64,000 nt of DNA from Octopus sinensis (GCF_006345805.1 NC_042998.1:100068001-100132000), one strand, 5' to 3'. Positions 23,060-36,114 are shown, numbered from the stretch's first letter. Program-made: numbers and translations. The notes: generated by a model from the sequence alone, not told the origin.

Positions 23060-23800
23060 ATTCATCACCTTGTGTTGAAAAGTTTGGGGCGCTGGGAAAA
23101 CTTTCTAATGGCTATTGAGACACACTCGCAGCGTTGCCACGGGTGATGGCAAGGCTGATGTGCTGGAACAGCCAAAGGTCCTCACCAGTTACCTCTGCAA
23201 GGTGAGTTGCCAATGAAGACAGGAATCTCGCAGTTAGTGATCCGACCCAACCAAACATCTCGAACGCCACAGGATGGAAAATGTAGTTAGCCGACAAATC
23301 GCGGTATTTCAGGATTTTGTTCCGCTCAGCCACAGAAGCTGTGGATTTCACCCTGACCACAGCATCCAGGATGTGAGAAGAAGCAAAGAGTCACTAACTG
23401 TGACATCCCAGACTAGGGGCACAGGGTAAAGCTGTCAGGTCTCTTCCCATCACATCTGGACAATCCAGATGGTTCCAAGATGGAGGGGACGTTTGCCCAT
23501 GCGAAGCTCCTCTTGAGAGTCAGGTTCAACTCTGTATGATGCGTGAAGTGACCAGCATTCAGGCGGCAAGAAAGGCCATGGAGACCTGTGGAGTTGAAGA
23601 GCTTTCTATGACAGATCAAACCTGTGGATATATCAGCTCCCACTCTGAGGGCAATGGAGACAAAGTTCGTCCAAGCTGAGTAGGCCACCAACATTAGCCA
23701 CAGGGATGGCGTCAATCCAGTCACCTGAGTATTTGGCGCTAGCAGGCAGTAAGTAGCACCTTCAAAACTGTTCTGACTGGATGAAGTGGGAGTCGAAGCT
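23060..23800 (-). mobile_element. 3' fragment of a CRE-like non-LTR retrotransposon (zinc knuckle plus restriction-like endonuclease)
   Basis: LRVGA..C..GLHGLSC..H..LN..KRSF..VPSILEPSGLSRCDGKRPD, then KILKYRDL..FHPVAFEMFG..LFQHISLAITRGNAASV. Confidence 0.8.
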
Positions 23801-24829
23801 TGTCGTATATATATATGTATGTATGTATGTGTGTTTGTGCCTGTGTTTGACCCACTATCACCATTGCTTGACAACCGATGTTGGTGCATTTGCGTCCCTG
23901 TAATTTAGCTGTTCAGCAGAAGAGACTGATAGAATAAGCACCAGGCTTACAGGGAATAAGTCCAGGGGTCAATTTCTTTGACTAAAGAGTGGTGTTCCAG
24001 CATGGCCACCATCAAATGACTGAAACAAGTAAAAGAATACCAAAATAACGTTCTGTACCACTAAACCAAGAAGGTTCTTTGAATATGTACGTTGTATTTT
24101 AAGATTAAATAGTAATTCCGTTTACATTTGTGTAACTGAAATATTTTGGTTGGATTATATAGTCATTGGTGTTACATTACTTTCTATATTCTATAACTGC
24201 CACTCTAAACTTTTCATGGCCTGAAATTTTTGTGGGGAGGAGGCCAGTTGATTAGATCGACCCCAGTACACAACTGGTACTTAATTTATCGACCCCGAAA
24301 AGACGAAAGGCAAAATTGACTTCAGCAGAATTTGAACTCAGAATGTAAAGGCGGACTGTCATAATATACAAACATTTCTCATGGCACCAGTACACTGTTT
24401 ACAGATGCTTACATTTTTTATGTTTTCCGTGAATTTTTCATGGGTCCAGCTAGTAAGTAACTATTATACTGAGTAGACTTTTGCTGATCTGGCCCCCTCA
24501 CCTATGGCATTTGGTCTCCCATCTGTAATACAGCTGCATTAGACATGAGACAATTTTTGAATACATTTAAATATAAAAGTAAGCACGGCCTATACACTAG
24601 CAAAAATGGTAGGTCTTGTACTAAAGATTCATTCTTGTCACCTCGCATTTCCCGGTCTCAACAAATTGGTGACCCAACTTAGAACACACATTCCTTTCCA
24701 TAGTTCAGTGCCAGCTTTCATTTTACTTTAATGACCGACCGTTCTTTCTAATTTCACCTCTTCACTACAGAAATATCATCCTTTTATTGTCTATTTTGTC
24801 TCCCACAAAATGACTGGTGAGGGGTTATC

Positions 24830-26076
24830 TGTAGTGTACACTTGAGTGAAATTCCTCTTTCCCCTTTATTATATATACATGCACTCAAACGTAGAAGGTA
24901 ACAGCTAGCCTTTGGCCAGTATTTGGATCCCATTGTGTTCACTACTCTGATTGGTCGGTATTGGAGCAATTTGTCTCTTACTCTGTCGCACCAATTTGCA
25001 GCATATAACCAATCAGAGCCTCTAAATAAATTCACATCGGGGTCACTAATTTGTAAAGACTGTGTTATGTGAGGTAACGAGAATGAGTCTCAGGTACATC
25101 ACACAGCCCTTACAATAAATATTAAAAAAAATACATATATGTGCCAGAGGGAAAAAGAGACACACCCACCTGAGTAGAATGTTTAAGAGAAGACTTATTA
25201 ACATGTATGTCTGTGTGTGTGTCATGTATACAGAATAATAGACAGGCTGTCATGAGAACAAAGTGTATGTGTGTATAGACATGGATGTATGTGTGTGTGT
25301 GCGTTAAGTAGATATAAGAATAGCAATGAAGAAGACTAAAAGAGTCTATAATGAAAAGTTAAATGTTCATAGACACAAGAATGAGAAATACCAGTTCGTA
25401 GTCAAACTGTACATGGTAATTGAAAAACTGTATCAAGAAGTTATGGCCATGATGCTGAGCCAGTTGTGGTACATGTTGTAATGAGAAGTTGTGGCTGTGA
25501 TGCTGCTGCCTGGGTCACTTGGTACAGGAGTTCTCGCAGGTTGTATATTCACTGTTGATCCATGGTGAAGTAATTCACAAACAATGAAGTGTTGGAACCC
25601 GGGAAAGTTGCTTGTTGAGTTGTGTATATAGAGATGATGTTGACAATGTTAAGAAGATGATGGTGGAGATGAAGAAAGAGATCACTGTAATGCTGTTGGA
25701 TGAAGTTGGTAAGTCATAGTGAGGCGTCGTCGCTGGAACTGGTTGTGCCTTGTGTGGTCAGTGGCTAAACCTTAAAAGGTCTGAAACCTAAGACATTGAG
25801 ACGAGGAGAAGCTGAGTTTTTATAAGGAGCTGTAGGTTCAAAACCGGGTTGAGAACAGGCTGTCTCACATGATTTTATTTAGAGGCTCTGATTGGATATA
25901 TGCTGCAAATTGGCATGACAGAGTAAGAGACAAATTGCACCAATATCAACCAATCAGAGTAGTGGACACAATGGGGTCTAAATAGCAGCCAAAGGTTAAC
26001 TGTTACCTGCTTTATTCAAGTACATATATATATTTAATAAAGGGGAGAGAGGAACTTCACTTGAGTGTACACTACA
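24830..26076. mobile_element. Non-autonomous element with ~210-bp terminal inverted repeats, TGT...ACA ends and an apparent 3-bp duplication (ATC)
   Basis: 24830-25040 is the reverse complement of 25870-26076 (roughly 80-85% by eye); atc at 24827-29 and 26077-79. Confidence 0.8.
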
Positions 26077-26451
26077 ATCTTAAAGCATTACTCCTCTTTA
26101 ATAAATTATATCCTATATTATGTACTAATGCACACTTACATTCTTTATTTTGTACTGTGTGCATCAACAATGTTAAACCAGTTTGTGTTTTTTCTCTAAA
26201 ATGATTACAATATCAAGTAACTGCACTACCAAAAGTGAACTCTCTCCCTACTGCATTATATTTTTAATCAATTTATTCCAGCTTTTGTCTCTCCTGCCTT
26301 TTTAGATAAAAATCAATCAATGAGAAAGCTTTTTTTCTTCACAGTGGATGTAATTCTAATTAGAATTTCTTGACTCATTACCTTAAATTTTCTTAATGTA
26401 ATCTGCCGAGCCCTCTACTGGGCCTGGACAGACTAAGATGAGCCTAATCTA

Positions 26452-26679
26452 CAGGGTGTTCAAAAAGTCTCTCCACAATCAATTTTTTTCCGTCTTGTGT
26501 ATCACTATGGTGCTACTTCAAGAGTTTTTCAGTGAACAGATTATTTTGAAGGGACTTTGGCCACCAAGATCACCTGATTTAACAGACCTTTTTTTCCGAG
26601 GAGCAAGTAAAGAATCAGTGTACAAGAATTGCCGAAAACCATTAAATACTTACTGCAGAGAGACATTTTGAACACCCTG
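26452..26679 (+). mobile_element. Internally deleted Tc1/mariner derivative (228 bp)
   Basis: TIR CAGGGTGTTCAAAA / TTTTGAACACCCTG with TA on both sides; retains WPPRSPDLT. Confidence 0.85.
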
Positions 26680-26812
26680 TAGCATATTCTTTGTTAAAAA
26701 TTCTGTAGTTGTTCCATGTACAGGATTAGAATGTGTCCTGTATCATGCAATAGTAAATCTACAAAATGTTCCCAAGAATAACACTGATAATGTTTGTGTT
26801 TATTTTTTGCAG

Positions 26813-27648
26813 GTTCTCATGATTCATTTAGTTCTCAGTTAAAAGAAGGAGAAATTGCTCCTGATTGCTCGGAACTAATTAGAGTAGCTGAGAAATTGTT
26901 TGGAAAAGCTGCTGATAAAGTAATTATGAGTTGGTCTACTACACAGAATCTGGACTTAGGTACGCAACTTGAAAAAGGGATCCGCTATTTTGATCTGAGG
27001 GTAGCTTACAATGATTCTTGCAATGACTTTCAGTTTGTTCATGGCATATACGGACCAAAAATAGATTGCTGTATGCAAGAGATCAATTCATTCTTGGAGA
27101 AACATCAGAAAGAGCTGGTAATTCTGGATTTTAACCATTTTTATAATGTAAATCCAGAAAATCACAAAAGGTTGCTTTCAATGTTGTCTGATATATTTGG
27201 AAAGAAAATGTGTCCATTTATTGGAGCTGCTAACTTGACACTTAATATTGCTTGGGAGGTCAATCTTCAGGTAGTTATCTGCTATCATCATAGTCTTGCT
27301 GCTCAACAACCAATATTCTGGCCTGGAAATGCTGTACAGCACCTCTGGGCAAACACTGATCAACTTCCAAAACTGATTAGAGCATTTGAAGAGGAATACC
27401 GTAAAGGACGTCCAAGTGATTGTTTTTTCAACTGGCAAGGTATTCTAACACCATCAATAAGTACTGTTCTTCAACATCTGGACGGCAGCTTGAAAATTAC
27501 ATTGGCTGAGAAAGCAACATCTGCCATTACACAGTGGGTTGCTGACAAATCTCCGTGTTGCAAGGGCTTAAACATTATATCTGTAGATTTTATGCAATTG
27601 TATAACTTTGCACATGTAATTGTACAAATGAATCATAACATTCAATAA
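26813..27648 (+). CDS. PI-PLC X domain-containing protein (PLCXD-like), exon 2; full protein about 316 aa
   Basis: tttgcag| acceptor; G-SHDS, QLEKGIRYFDLRV, FVHG, ELVILDFNH and NIISVDF motifs; both catalytic His present; stop TAA at 27646-48. Paralog (1/2/3) cannot be assigned. Confidence 0.93.
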
Positions 27649-27799
27649 TTTATGTGTATATAAGCGTGTATACATCTATATGTTCATCAACAATAAATAT
27701 TTTATTTTTGTTACCATTGTTTTATAATCATTTTTCTATGATAAAAATAAATCATGGTCAGCATTTGTGAGTGAGTAACGACTTGATAGCATGGTACAT

Positions 27800-28112
27800 A
27801 AAGCGTTACCCTTTTCAAGCCTAGCCAGGCTCATGGGCCCGGTTTCCCAGTTTCTGTGGTGTATGTGTTCCCCCCAGCTGGACAGGATGCCAGTCCATCG
27901 CAGCATTACTCAAGAAAAAGGAAGAGAGAGTGAGAGAAAGTTGTGGTGAAAGAGTACAACAGGGGTCGCCACCACTCCCTGCTAGAGCGTTGTGGAGCTT
28001 TTAGGTAGGTGTTTTCACTCAATAAACACTCACAACGCCCGGTCTGGGAATCAAAACAGCGATCCCCCAACTGCAAGTCTGCTCCCCTAACCACTGGGCC
28101 ATTGTGCCTCCA
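27800..28112 (-). mobile_element. tRNA-derived SINE with a V-domain-like body and an 11-bp TSD
   Basis: A box tggcccagtggttagg; body gctgcgatggactggcatcctgtccag; flanks gcatggtacat / gcgtggtacat. Confidence 0.7.
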
Positions 28113-28574
28113 GCGTGGTACATGCTTTCATTATTTTAGATATCCATGTTATTGCAAGCAGACTTAAATGTTTTCTTAGTCCTTCTACACCAGATCAAAT
28201 AGATTATGGAGGATATGATAAGAGAAAGAAAAGAGAGAGAAAGGGGGCTGCATTCATTTTCAGCTGAGTAGACTGCAGAAATTTGAAATAATAATGAGCT
28301 TATTGTACACAGTGCTCAGGTGCACTACAACTCCTTGAAAATGAGGACAGAAGAAGCCATAAGTCAAGGAAAGGAATACAGCAATGAAAGTTAGAAGTAC
28401 ATGCATAGAACAGAGAATAAAACACAAAAAGAAAAATGAACAGGGAAAGAGAAAATGTTGACAAATTTTGGAATGCATAGAATTTTTGAAGATAATGTCT
28501 TGACAACTAACAACTGATATAGATAGTTTATTCTATGCTTTAGCAATTCTGAGTATAAAAAAAAATGTTTCTAA

Positions 28575-28965
28575 AATGTGCTTACCAATCACATGGTTCC
28601 AGGTTCAGTCCCACTGCGTGGCACCTTGGGCAAGTGTCTTCTATTATAGCCTTGGGCCGACCAAAGCCTTGTGAGTGGATTTGGTAGATGGAAACTGAAA
28701 GAAGCCCATCATATATATATATATATATATAAATATGTGTATGTATGTATGTGTGTGTGTATATGTTTCTGTGTCTGTCCCCGCAACATCGCTTGACAAC
28801 CGATGCTGGTGTGTTTATGTCCATGTAACTTAGCGGTTCGGCAAAAGTGACCGATAGAATAAGTACTAGGCTTACAAAGAATAAGTCCTGGGGTCGATTT
28901 GCTCGATTAAAGTGGTGCTCCAGCATGGCCACAGTCAAATGTCTGAAACGAGTAAAAGAGTAATT
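28575..28965 (+). mobile_element. tRNA-derived SINE with a CORE-like body (OR2-type); further copies at about 17705, 22240, 23790, 29480, 33060, 43190, 45370, 50895, 54045, 59040, 61530
   Basis: ggttcagtcccactgcgtggcaccttgggcaagtgtcttc..., internal (TA/TG)n, 3' half ending gactgaaacaagtaaaagag; recurs throughout the window. Confidence 0.85.
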
Positions 28966-31219
28966 GCTTGTGCCATATAAAAAGCATTAAGTCCACTCTG
29001 CTGAGTGGTTGGTGTTAGGAAGGGCATCCAGCTGTAAAAGTCCTGCCAAAACAGTTACAGAAGTCTGGAGCAGGCTTCTGCCTGGCCAGCTCTTGTTAAA
29101 CCATCCCACCCATGCCAGCATGGAAGGAGGACGTTAAACGATGATGATGAGTCATGGCTATTGTACTGCTTTTTGATTTTATAAGCATATCCATGGATGG
29201 TAGAGATACTTAATTCAAAAAGGTGGCTAAAGTTGTTGTTGGAGAGATGGTGCATAATCCTGTGGGCTCCAAGTCAGCTGCTAGATGTTGAAACTTCAGC
29301 ATGTCAATACCTAGAGAAGCAATACAGTCAAGATATGGCAAGTGACTGACAGAGAATATTCATTTGGTTACATGTTTCAGGAGAACTTTCAATAGACTAA
29401 TATTCTGGACAAGATAGGGGTTTCCAGATCAGTGATACAAACTAAAGCCATATGTAGCATTGATTACATATATATGTATGTATGTGTGTGTGTATATGTT
29501 TGTCCCACTCATCAATTGACAACTGATGCTGGTGTGTTTACATCCACATAACTTAGCAGTTTGGCAAAAGTGACCGATAGAATAAGTACTAGGCTTACTA
29601 AGAATAAGTCCTGGGGTCGATTTGCTTGACTAAAGGTGGTGCTCCAGCATGGCCACAGTCAAATGGCTGAAACACGTAGAAGAGTAATTATTACTAAAGG
29701 CTTAATTAAAGTGGATATACTGATTTGCATAGATGATGCATTTTTGGTAGCTAGTTTAATACCGATGCTTTAACAGTGTTTGTTTGATGTCATAATGTAC
29801 TTCAAGATAAATCTATAGATACAGTGTATGTGTAAATTAATTAAATATACTCAGTATTGGCTGAAATCTTTAGATGTATTCTGCAGTACATTATAGCATC
29901 ATAAGTGGGAATTGCTACTGTACAAGTAATTATTATAACTAAACACCCACTACACTCGCGGAGTGGTTGGCGTTAGGAAGGGCATCCAGCTGTAGAAACA
30001 CTGCCAGACTAGACTGGAGCCTGGGGCAGTCCCGAGCTCCCCAGACCCCGGTCGAAACCGTCCAACCCGTGCTAGCGCGGAAAACGGACGTTAAACGATG
30101 ATGATGATGATGATATATATTGAGCCTTGAAGTTGCAAGTATAGACTGAAGGCCTTCTCTGCAGAAGTGGGTGAAATACAACTTGATTAGTTCTTACCTG
30201 TCTATACAAGCTCATCAAAAGTGTTTACTTTATCAACTCTGCAAAGAAGGGATCATAGCTTACAGTGGTTTAGAAAAAATGAGACGAACATTCATATTCA
30301 TATTGCATATCAACTAAACTACTGAGACAGACTACCATCTATAATCTAAGTTCACTTTGCAAAATCATGTCTGCTATGAAAAAAGTCTACTATTCCAAAT
30401 ATCAGCAATAAAAATATCCAGTTTCTCTGATTCAACGTCTCACTTCTTTGTTCTAAATTTACTTGCTCTTTCTATTGGTCACCAAATTCTTCCAACATCC
30501 TGTCAAACCCTGTCTGGTTCTTTGATATAAAAACATCTCATTTTAAAGCCTTCCTTTTTAAATCAAACTCTTCCAATGTATGAAACATTTACTGCTTAAT
30601 AATAAATGGTCATTTAATTAATTACCTTGAAATTGTAGATTATTTTCAAAATTTCTTGAAACACATAAATTGTGGATATTTCATTAGATATTTGTCACTA
30701 AAGGTTTGAATCTGCTGAGTGGTTGGTGTTAGGAAGATGATGGGATCCTTTACATAATCAATCAACCTTGTAGAAATAGTGCCAGATTTCCCTCAAATTA
30801 GTTCCCACTGTTTAAAAAAACTGACACAGTAGGTAATGTATTTCACTACTAGGAAAAAAGAAAAGAGCTGATCTTGATAGAATAAATTATCTATATCTGC
30901 TCGTTGAGGGCTGACCTGAAAGTAAAACTTAACAACTATGTTTGATAATATGGATAATAACAATGAATTTAAGGTTCCACAGAAAAAACTTTCATGGTTA
31001 AAATAAAAAAATAGCCACAGCACCGTTGTAACTCACAAGCTGTAATTAGTAAAAAAATTAGCATTTTAGAAATTACTTTTATTTATTCAAACCCATACAT
31101 TCTTTAGTGTGCTTTTTCAACAGTAAATAGAGTTGCCCTTAATAACTGTACAATAATTTCAATCAAGTGATTTGGAGTATCTATATATTTTGATAAAAAA
31201 AATAATTACTACAATCCAA

Positions 31220-31360
31220 TCAAAAGTTAATCAGTTGCTTAACACCTTCAAAACATCTCCATTTGTCAGGTAAATAGAAAGGTTCGTGAGTATGTGAAAA
31301 TGGGGTGTCATAGCCACAGACACGTTTCACAGGAGCTTCTAAGTGGAGGAAGCATTCGGA
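31220..31360 (-). CDS. BCKDHB: BCKDHB last exon ([46 protein letters not shown])
   Basis: ttgcag| acceptor, 141 nt, ends in TGA; diagnostic E1-beta C-terminus. Confidence 0.95.
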   Translation of the reverse strand, partial: SECFLHLEAPVKRVCGYDTPFSHTHEPFYLPDKWRCFEGVKQLINF

Positions 31361-32189
31361 CTGCAATGATACAATGTGGATAAGAAGAAAAATATTAGAT
31401 TCCTATGTTTACAGAATATACATATATAGGTAGATAACTAGCAAGTGTGAAAATTTATTGGTGTATTAAGATTATTCATTAAAACAATTTCCATGTGAAT
31501 TTCATTATTATGCATGGTGGTTTTGGCAAGATCAGTAAACATCAAACGAAATGTCTTGTAGAACTTAGCTACATTCTGAGTTCAAATCTCACCTAGTTTG
31601 ACATTGCTTTTCCTCTTCGAGGGTCAGATTAAATAAGTACTAGTCAAATACTGAGACTGATTAGATCAACTGTATCTATATTCCTCAAATTTGTGACCTT
31701 GTGCTTTTGTTAGATGCCATTGTGAGGGCTCATGCCCTTGATAGGGTGATGTTGGATTTGTGAGGCTCCTAGACAGTACATTAATGACTCTGCTAGCTCA
31801 CTGCCTTAACAACAACAACAGCAGCAGCAACAGCAAGAAGAAGAAGAAGAAGCGCACTCAGCCAATGTCCTCTCAACAATTAGCCAGAGATGATTTTTAA
31901 AATGAGAATATCTGAAATAAACTCAACCGCTCTCACAAAGAATACTAAAAATGAACCCAACCACTCTCAAAAACTCAAAAATTAATTTAAAAAAAAACGA
32001 ATTCAGAATCCTTGTCTGGTGATGGATCAATCCCAAAATCTAATCAGTTCCTGCCAGTCATGAGGCCAAACATCTCTGAAAGTTTCATCTGAATCCATCC
32101 AGTGGTTCTTGAGATATGTTGTCCACAGACAAACAAACAATCAAACACGACTGAAAACAATACCTATGCCTTCGCCAAGGCGGAGGTAA

Positions 32190-33030
32190 TAATCCTTTCA
32201 ACTACAGGCACAAGGCCTGAAATTTTGGGGGAATGGGCTAGTCGACTACATTGACCCCAGTGTGTAATTGGTACTTATTTCCTTATTGCCCACAAGGGGC
32301 TAAACATAGAGGGGACAAACAATGACAGACAAACGGATTACGTCAATTATATCGACCCCAGTGCGTAACTGGTACTTAATATATCGAACCCGAAAGGATG
32401 AAAGACAAAGTCGACCTTGGCGGAATTTAAACTCAGAACCTAGCGGCAGACGAAATACCACTAAGCATTTCGCCAGGCGTGCTAATATTTCTGCCAGCTC
32501 GCCGCCTTGCAATTGGTACTTAATATATTGACCCTGAAAGGATGAAAGGCAAAGTCGACCTCAGCAGAATTTAAACTCAGAATGTAGCGACAGGCAAAAT
32601 ACCACTAAGCATTTCATCTAGCACACTGCCTTAATAACAATAATAATGATGATAATAATAAGGCAGTCAGCTAGCAGAATCATTACTGTGCCAGGGAAAA
32701 CACTTAATGACATTTCATCCATCTTTATGTTCTGAGTTACAATCCACCAAAGTCGACTTTGCCTTTCATTCTTTTGTGGCTGAGCACTGGGGATGATATA
32801 ATTGACTTAACCCTTCCACCGAAATTACAAGCCTTAAACCAAAATTTGAAACAATTATTATTGATAAGACAGTGAGCTGGCAGAATCATTAGTGTGTAGG
32901 AAAAATACTTGGCAGTATTTCTCCAGGCTCTTTACATTCTGAGCTGATGAGGTCGGTTTTGCCTTTCATCCTTTCAGGGTTGATAAAATAACCTCCTCCC
33001 CCTAAAATTGCTGGCCTTGTGACAAAATTT
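32190..33030. mobile_element. Cluster of 4-5 OK-type (Deu/Nin-domain) SINE copies in both orientations; other copies at about 240, 6000, 19200, 20120, 24200, 31520, 54560, 60220
   Basis: Repeated gtcgactttgcctttcatcctttcggggtcgata..taagtacca motif with tRNA-like heads. Confidence 0.85.
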
Positions 33031-33583
33031 CAAACAATTATCATTATTGTTATTATTATTACTATATTCTTTTATTTGTTTCAGTCATTTGATTGTGGCA
33101 ATACTGGAGCACCGCCTTCAGTTGAACAAGTCAACCCCAGGACTTGTTCTTATTCTATCAGTATCTTTTGCCAAACCACTAAGTTACGGGGATGTAAATA
33201 CTCCAACATCAGTTGTTATGCAATGGTGGGGGGGCAAACACACACACACATATATATACGACGGGCTTCTTTCAGTTTCTGTCTACCAAATCCACTCAAA
33301 AGGCTTTGGTCGGCCTGAAGCTATAGTAAAAGACACTTGCCCAAGGTGCCATGCAGCAGGACTGAATCCGGGACCATGTGGTTAGTAAGCAAGCTATTTA
33401 CCACACAGCCACTCCTGCACATATGTCATCATTATAAATACATACCTTTTCAAATTTTTCCCATTTTTAATTTATTAGTGTTCCATATTTCTAGATAAGA
33501 TAAACTTAAGTATTCGCAATTTTGACATTTAGAATAAAACTATAAAACTTATTGCTAACAATTTCAAAAAAATGTTTCCATAC

Positions 33584-33670
33584 CTGAATGGTAGATACAA
33601 TTTCAGCACCAAATCCTGCTGTAATAGGGGCTTCATGGGCAACCAATGCACGACCAGTCTTTCGTACTGA
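33584..33670 (-). CDS. BCKDHB: BCKDHB exon 8 ([29 protein letters not shown])
   Basis: ttttag| and |gtatgg, 87 nt, phase 0. Confidence 0.95.
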
Positions 33671-34559
33671 CTAAAAAACAAGAAGAAAAAAATTGAGTAT
33701 GATTTAAACATTTTATTGGTGATACCTTTAATACTAATGTACCCTCTTAGTTTACTTGTGTTCTGCATCCCAAGTAAGACAGTTAATTTCACATACACAG
33801 TGCTACATCTTCAAATCATTTCTCTTTAGATTCAATAGATCTTTTGTATTTAATAATCATAACTTACTGACTCATGCTGTCAAACTCATTTGATGCCAAC
33901 AACATCAACAATTTATTACTTAAGTATCAATGTTTTCACTGCAAGCATCAGCACTACTAATTACTAGTAACAGAAACTATTAACTATTTATTGCAGAAAT
34001 TATCAACTTCATCTGAGAAACAGTTAATGCACCTCATTTCAACGGAACATTTACTACTGCTATTCATGTTTATCTAGTCATCTCCAAATTCCTACCTAAT
34101 ATCTTTCTACATATCAAGCAAGGTAGTGTGGTTGCCTGGTTTGCTAGAAACAGCAGCCAAATCCCTCCCAAACCACACCCTGCTGTTTTAAAAAAAGGAC
34201 ACCCTGGACAACACAGTCATAAATATAGAAAAGTACAAGACAATCGTGACCAGAATGCCACTAATCAAAAGCCTGTTTGAATCGAGGCTTACCTGGAGTT
34301 AACATCTTGCCTACCTTAACTACATCAATTACACTATCTTTATATTTCAATGCTAAAAATCTATCTACTTCCTTCTTTTGCTATTAGTATCTACTCAAAA
34401 TAACAAACTTATGTTCCTTAAATCAACTTCTCCAGTTTGTAATATTGGAACCTACTTCTTTTACTCAGCTTTCCAATGTACTTATGTTAATAGGAACTAT
34501 TCTGTAGTCAATTCACTGTAAAGAAGCCAGATGAAGAGACTAAGTGATTTCATGACATC

Positions 34560-35000
34560 TCTGACACTCATGCCAGTGGCATGTAAAAAGCACCTGTCAA
34601 GCATTGGGCCTCACAGAGGTAATGTGGCCAATGCCAGTGTCACATAACAGGTACCTGTGCTTGTGGCATGTAAAAAGCACCTTCCGAGTGTTGGGCCTCA
34701 TAGAGGTAATGACAAATGACTGAGATCTTTGGCAATATGCTGTGCTTGAGAAGAAGACTCATCAAGCCAAACAAAATCATAGTCATGCCAGATACTGAAG
34801 TCACACAATTGGCACCTGTGCTGGTGGCACATAAAAGCACCCATTACACTCTCGGAGTGGTTGATGTTAGGAAGGACACCCAGCGGTAGAAACCATGCCA
34901 AATCAGACTGGAGTCTGGTACAGCCCCTCAGCTTACCAGCCCTGATCAAACCATCCAACCCATGCCAGCATGGACAATGGACATTAAAAGATGATGATGA
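34560..35000 (+). mobile_element. Decayed RTE 3' fragment with modules and terminal core
   Basis: ttgggcctca..gaggtaatg duplicated, modules, ttaggaagg.., (GAT)n. Confidence 0.8.
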
Positions 35001-35417
35001 ATTCCTGGGTGGAAGGGTTGATTTGTCACCCAGTTTAACATGGCCTGATCCCTGAAAGCTTTCAAGGAATCAGCTTTGATGTAAGTATTCTGGTCTGCTG
35101 TTCAATCTGAGGATATTTGGTTGTTGAAAGATGGAATGAGGTCATTGAAAGCAATGGAGAGTATGTTAATGAATAAATATTTCCATAGTCATTGGCTTGT
35201 TCATTTTTACCATAGATCTTTAAATTGGACATTACTTTTGCACCAAGCTGATATTTTTAATAGGTACTAATACTACTGTCGTCAGTATCACCTCTTTAAC
35301 ATCAGGGATGACCATTGGGTAAATCACTAATTTACCCAACCTTGGACCATCATCATTAATGCTAGCAATATTTAAAAGATTTTGAAATATATAGAAATAA
35401 TTTGTATGGAAACTTAC

Positions 35418-35563
35418 ATTGATAACTGTTTCGGTGTCCCAGGGTAAAATAGTTCGCAGATCTATCACATCACAGCCAACATTCAAACGGTCTTCTGCCA
35501 TAGTAGCAACTTCTCGTAGAACATGTACCTGAGTTCCCCAACCAATAAGTGTTACATCAGAAC
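35418..35563 (-). CDS. BCKDHB: BCKDHB exon 7 ([49 protein letters not shown])
   Basis: tcttag| and |gtaagt, 146 nt, phase 1->0. Confidence 0.95.
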
Positions 35564-36114
35564 CTAAGAAAGTAATAACATTTAGACAATACAAAGACAC
35601 CGAATGTATGTGTGTATGCGTTTGTTGATATGTCTCTCTGTATTCAGTAAGATAAATCTTTCACCAACTGTTTTGAAAAGCTTTAAGATAGTTGAACAAA
35701 ATAATACTAAAAAAAACAAATGTAATTTTCTCACAATGATACAAAAGATATAGAGAGAATTAATATAATGAATATAATTAAAACAGTCACCAATTTTGAT
35801 GAGAGAAGAATGACTGTTATTCTTCCGCAAAATTCCATGGTCTGTTAGATTAGTTTTTATTTTTGGTTTGTAAAGTGGTTGGCATTAGGAAAGGCCTCTG
35901 TTCACAGAAATCGTGCCAAAGCTGATCTGGAGCTCAACATAGCCTTGCAGCTCACCATGTCCTGTCAAATCATTCAATCCATGCCAGCATGGAAAACAGA
36001 CATTAAATGACGATGTTGATGAGATATATATATATATATATACATGGATACACATATGCACAAAAGACTCCAATATATATATACACACACACACATATAA
36101 AGGGTAAAAAACCC

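Noticed and set aside
24830-26076. CACTA/EnSpm classification (CACTACA motif, 3-bp TSD)
   Set aside because: The motif is in the wrong orientation: the element starts TGTAGTG and ends CACTACA, whereas CACTA elements start with CACTA.
28080-28112. tRNA genes at SINE heads (also 28575, 32500, 36430, 50910)
   Set aside because: A/B-box-like heads continue into repeat bodies and lack a complete cloverleaf.
35232-35600. 122-aa ORF as a stand-alone gene
   Set aside because: It is BCKDHB exon 7 read through into flanking intron; the same applies to 38459-38665, 49862-50095 and 20707-21015 (PLCXD exon 1).
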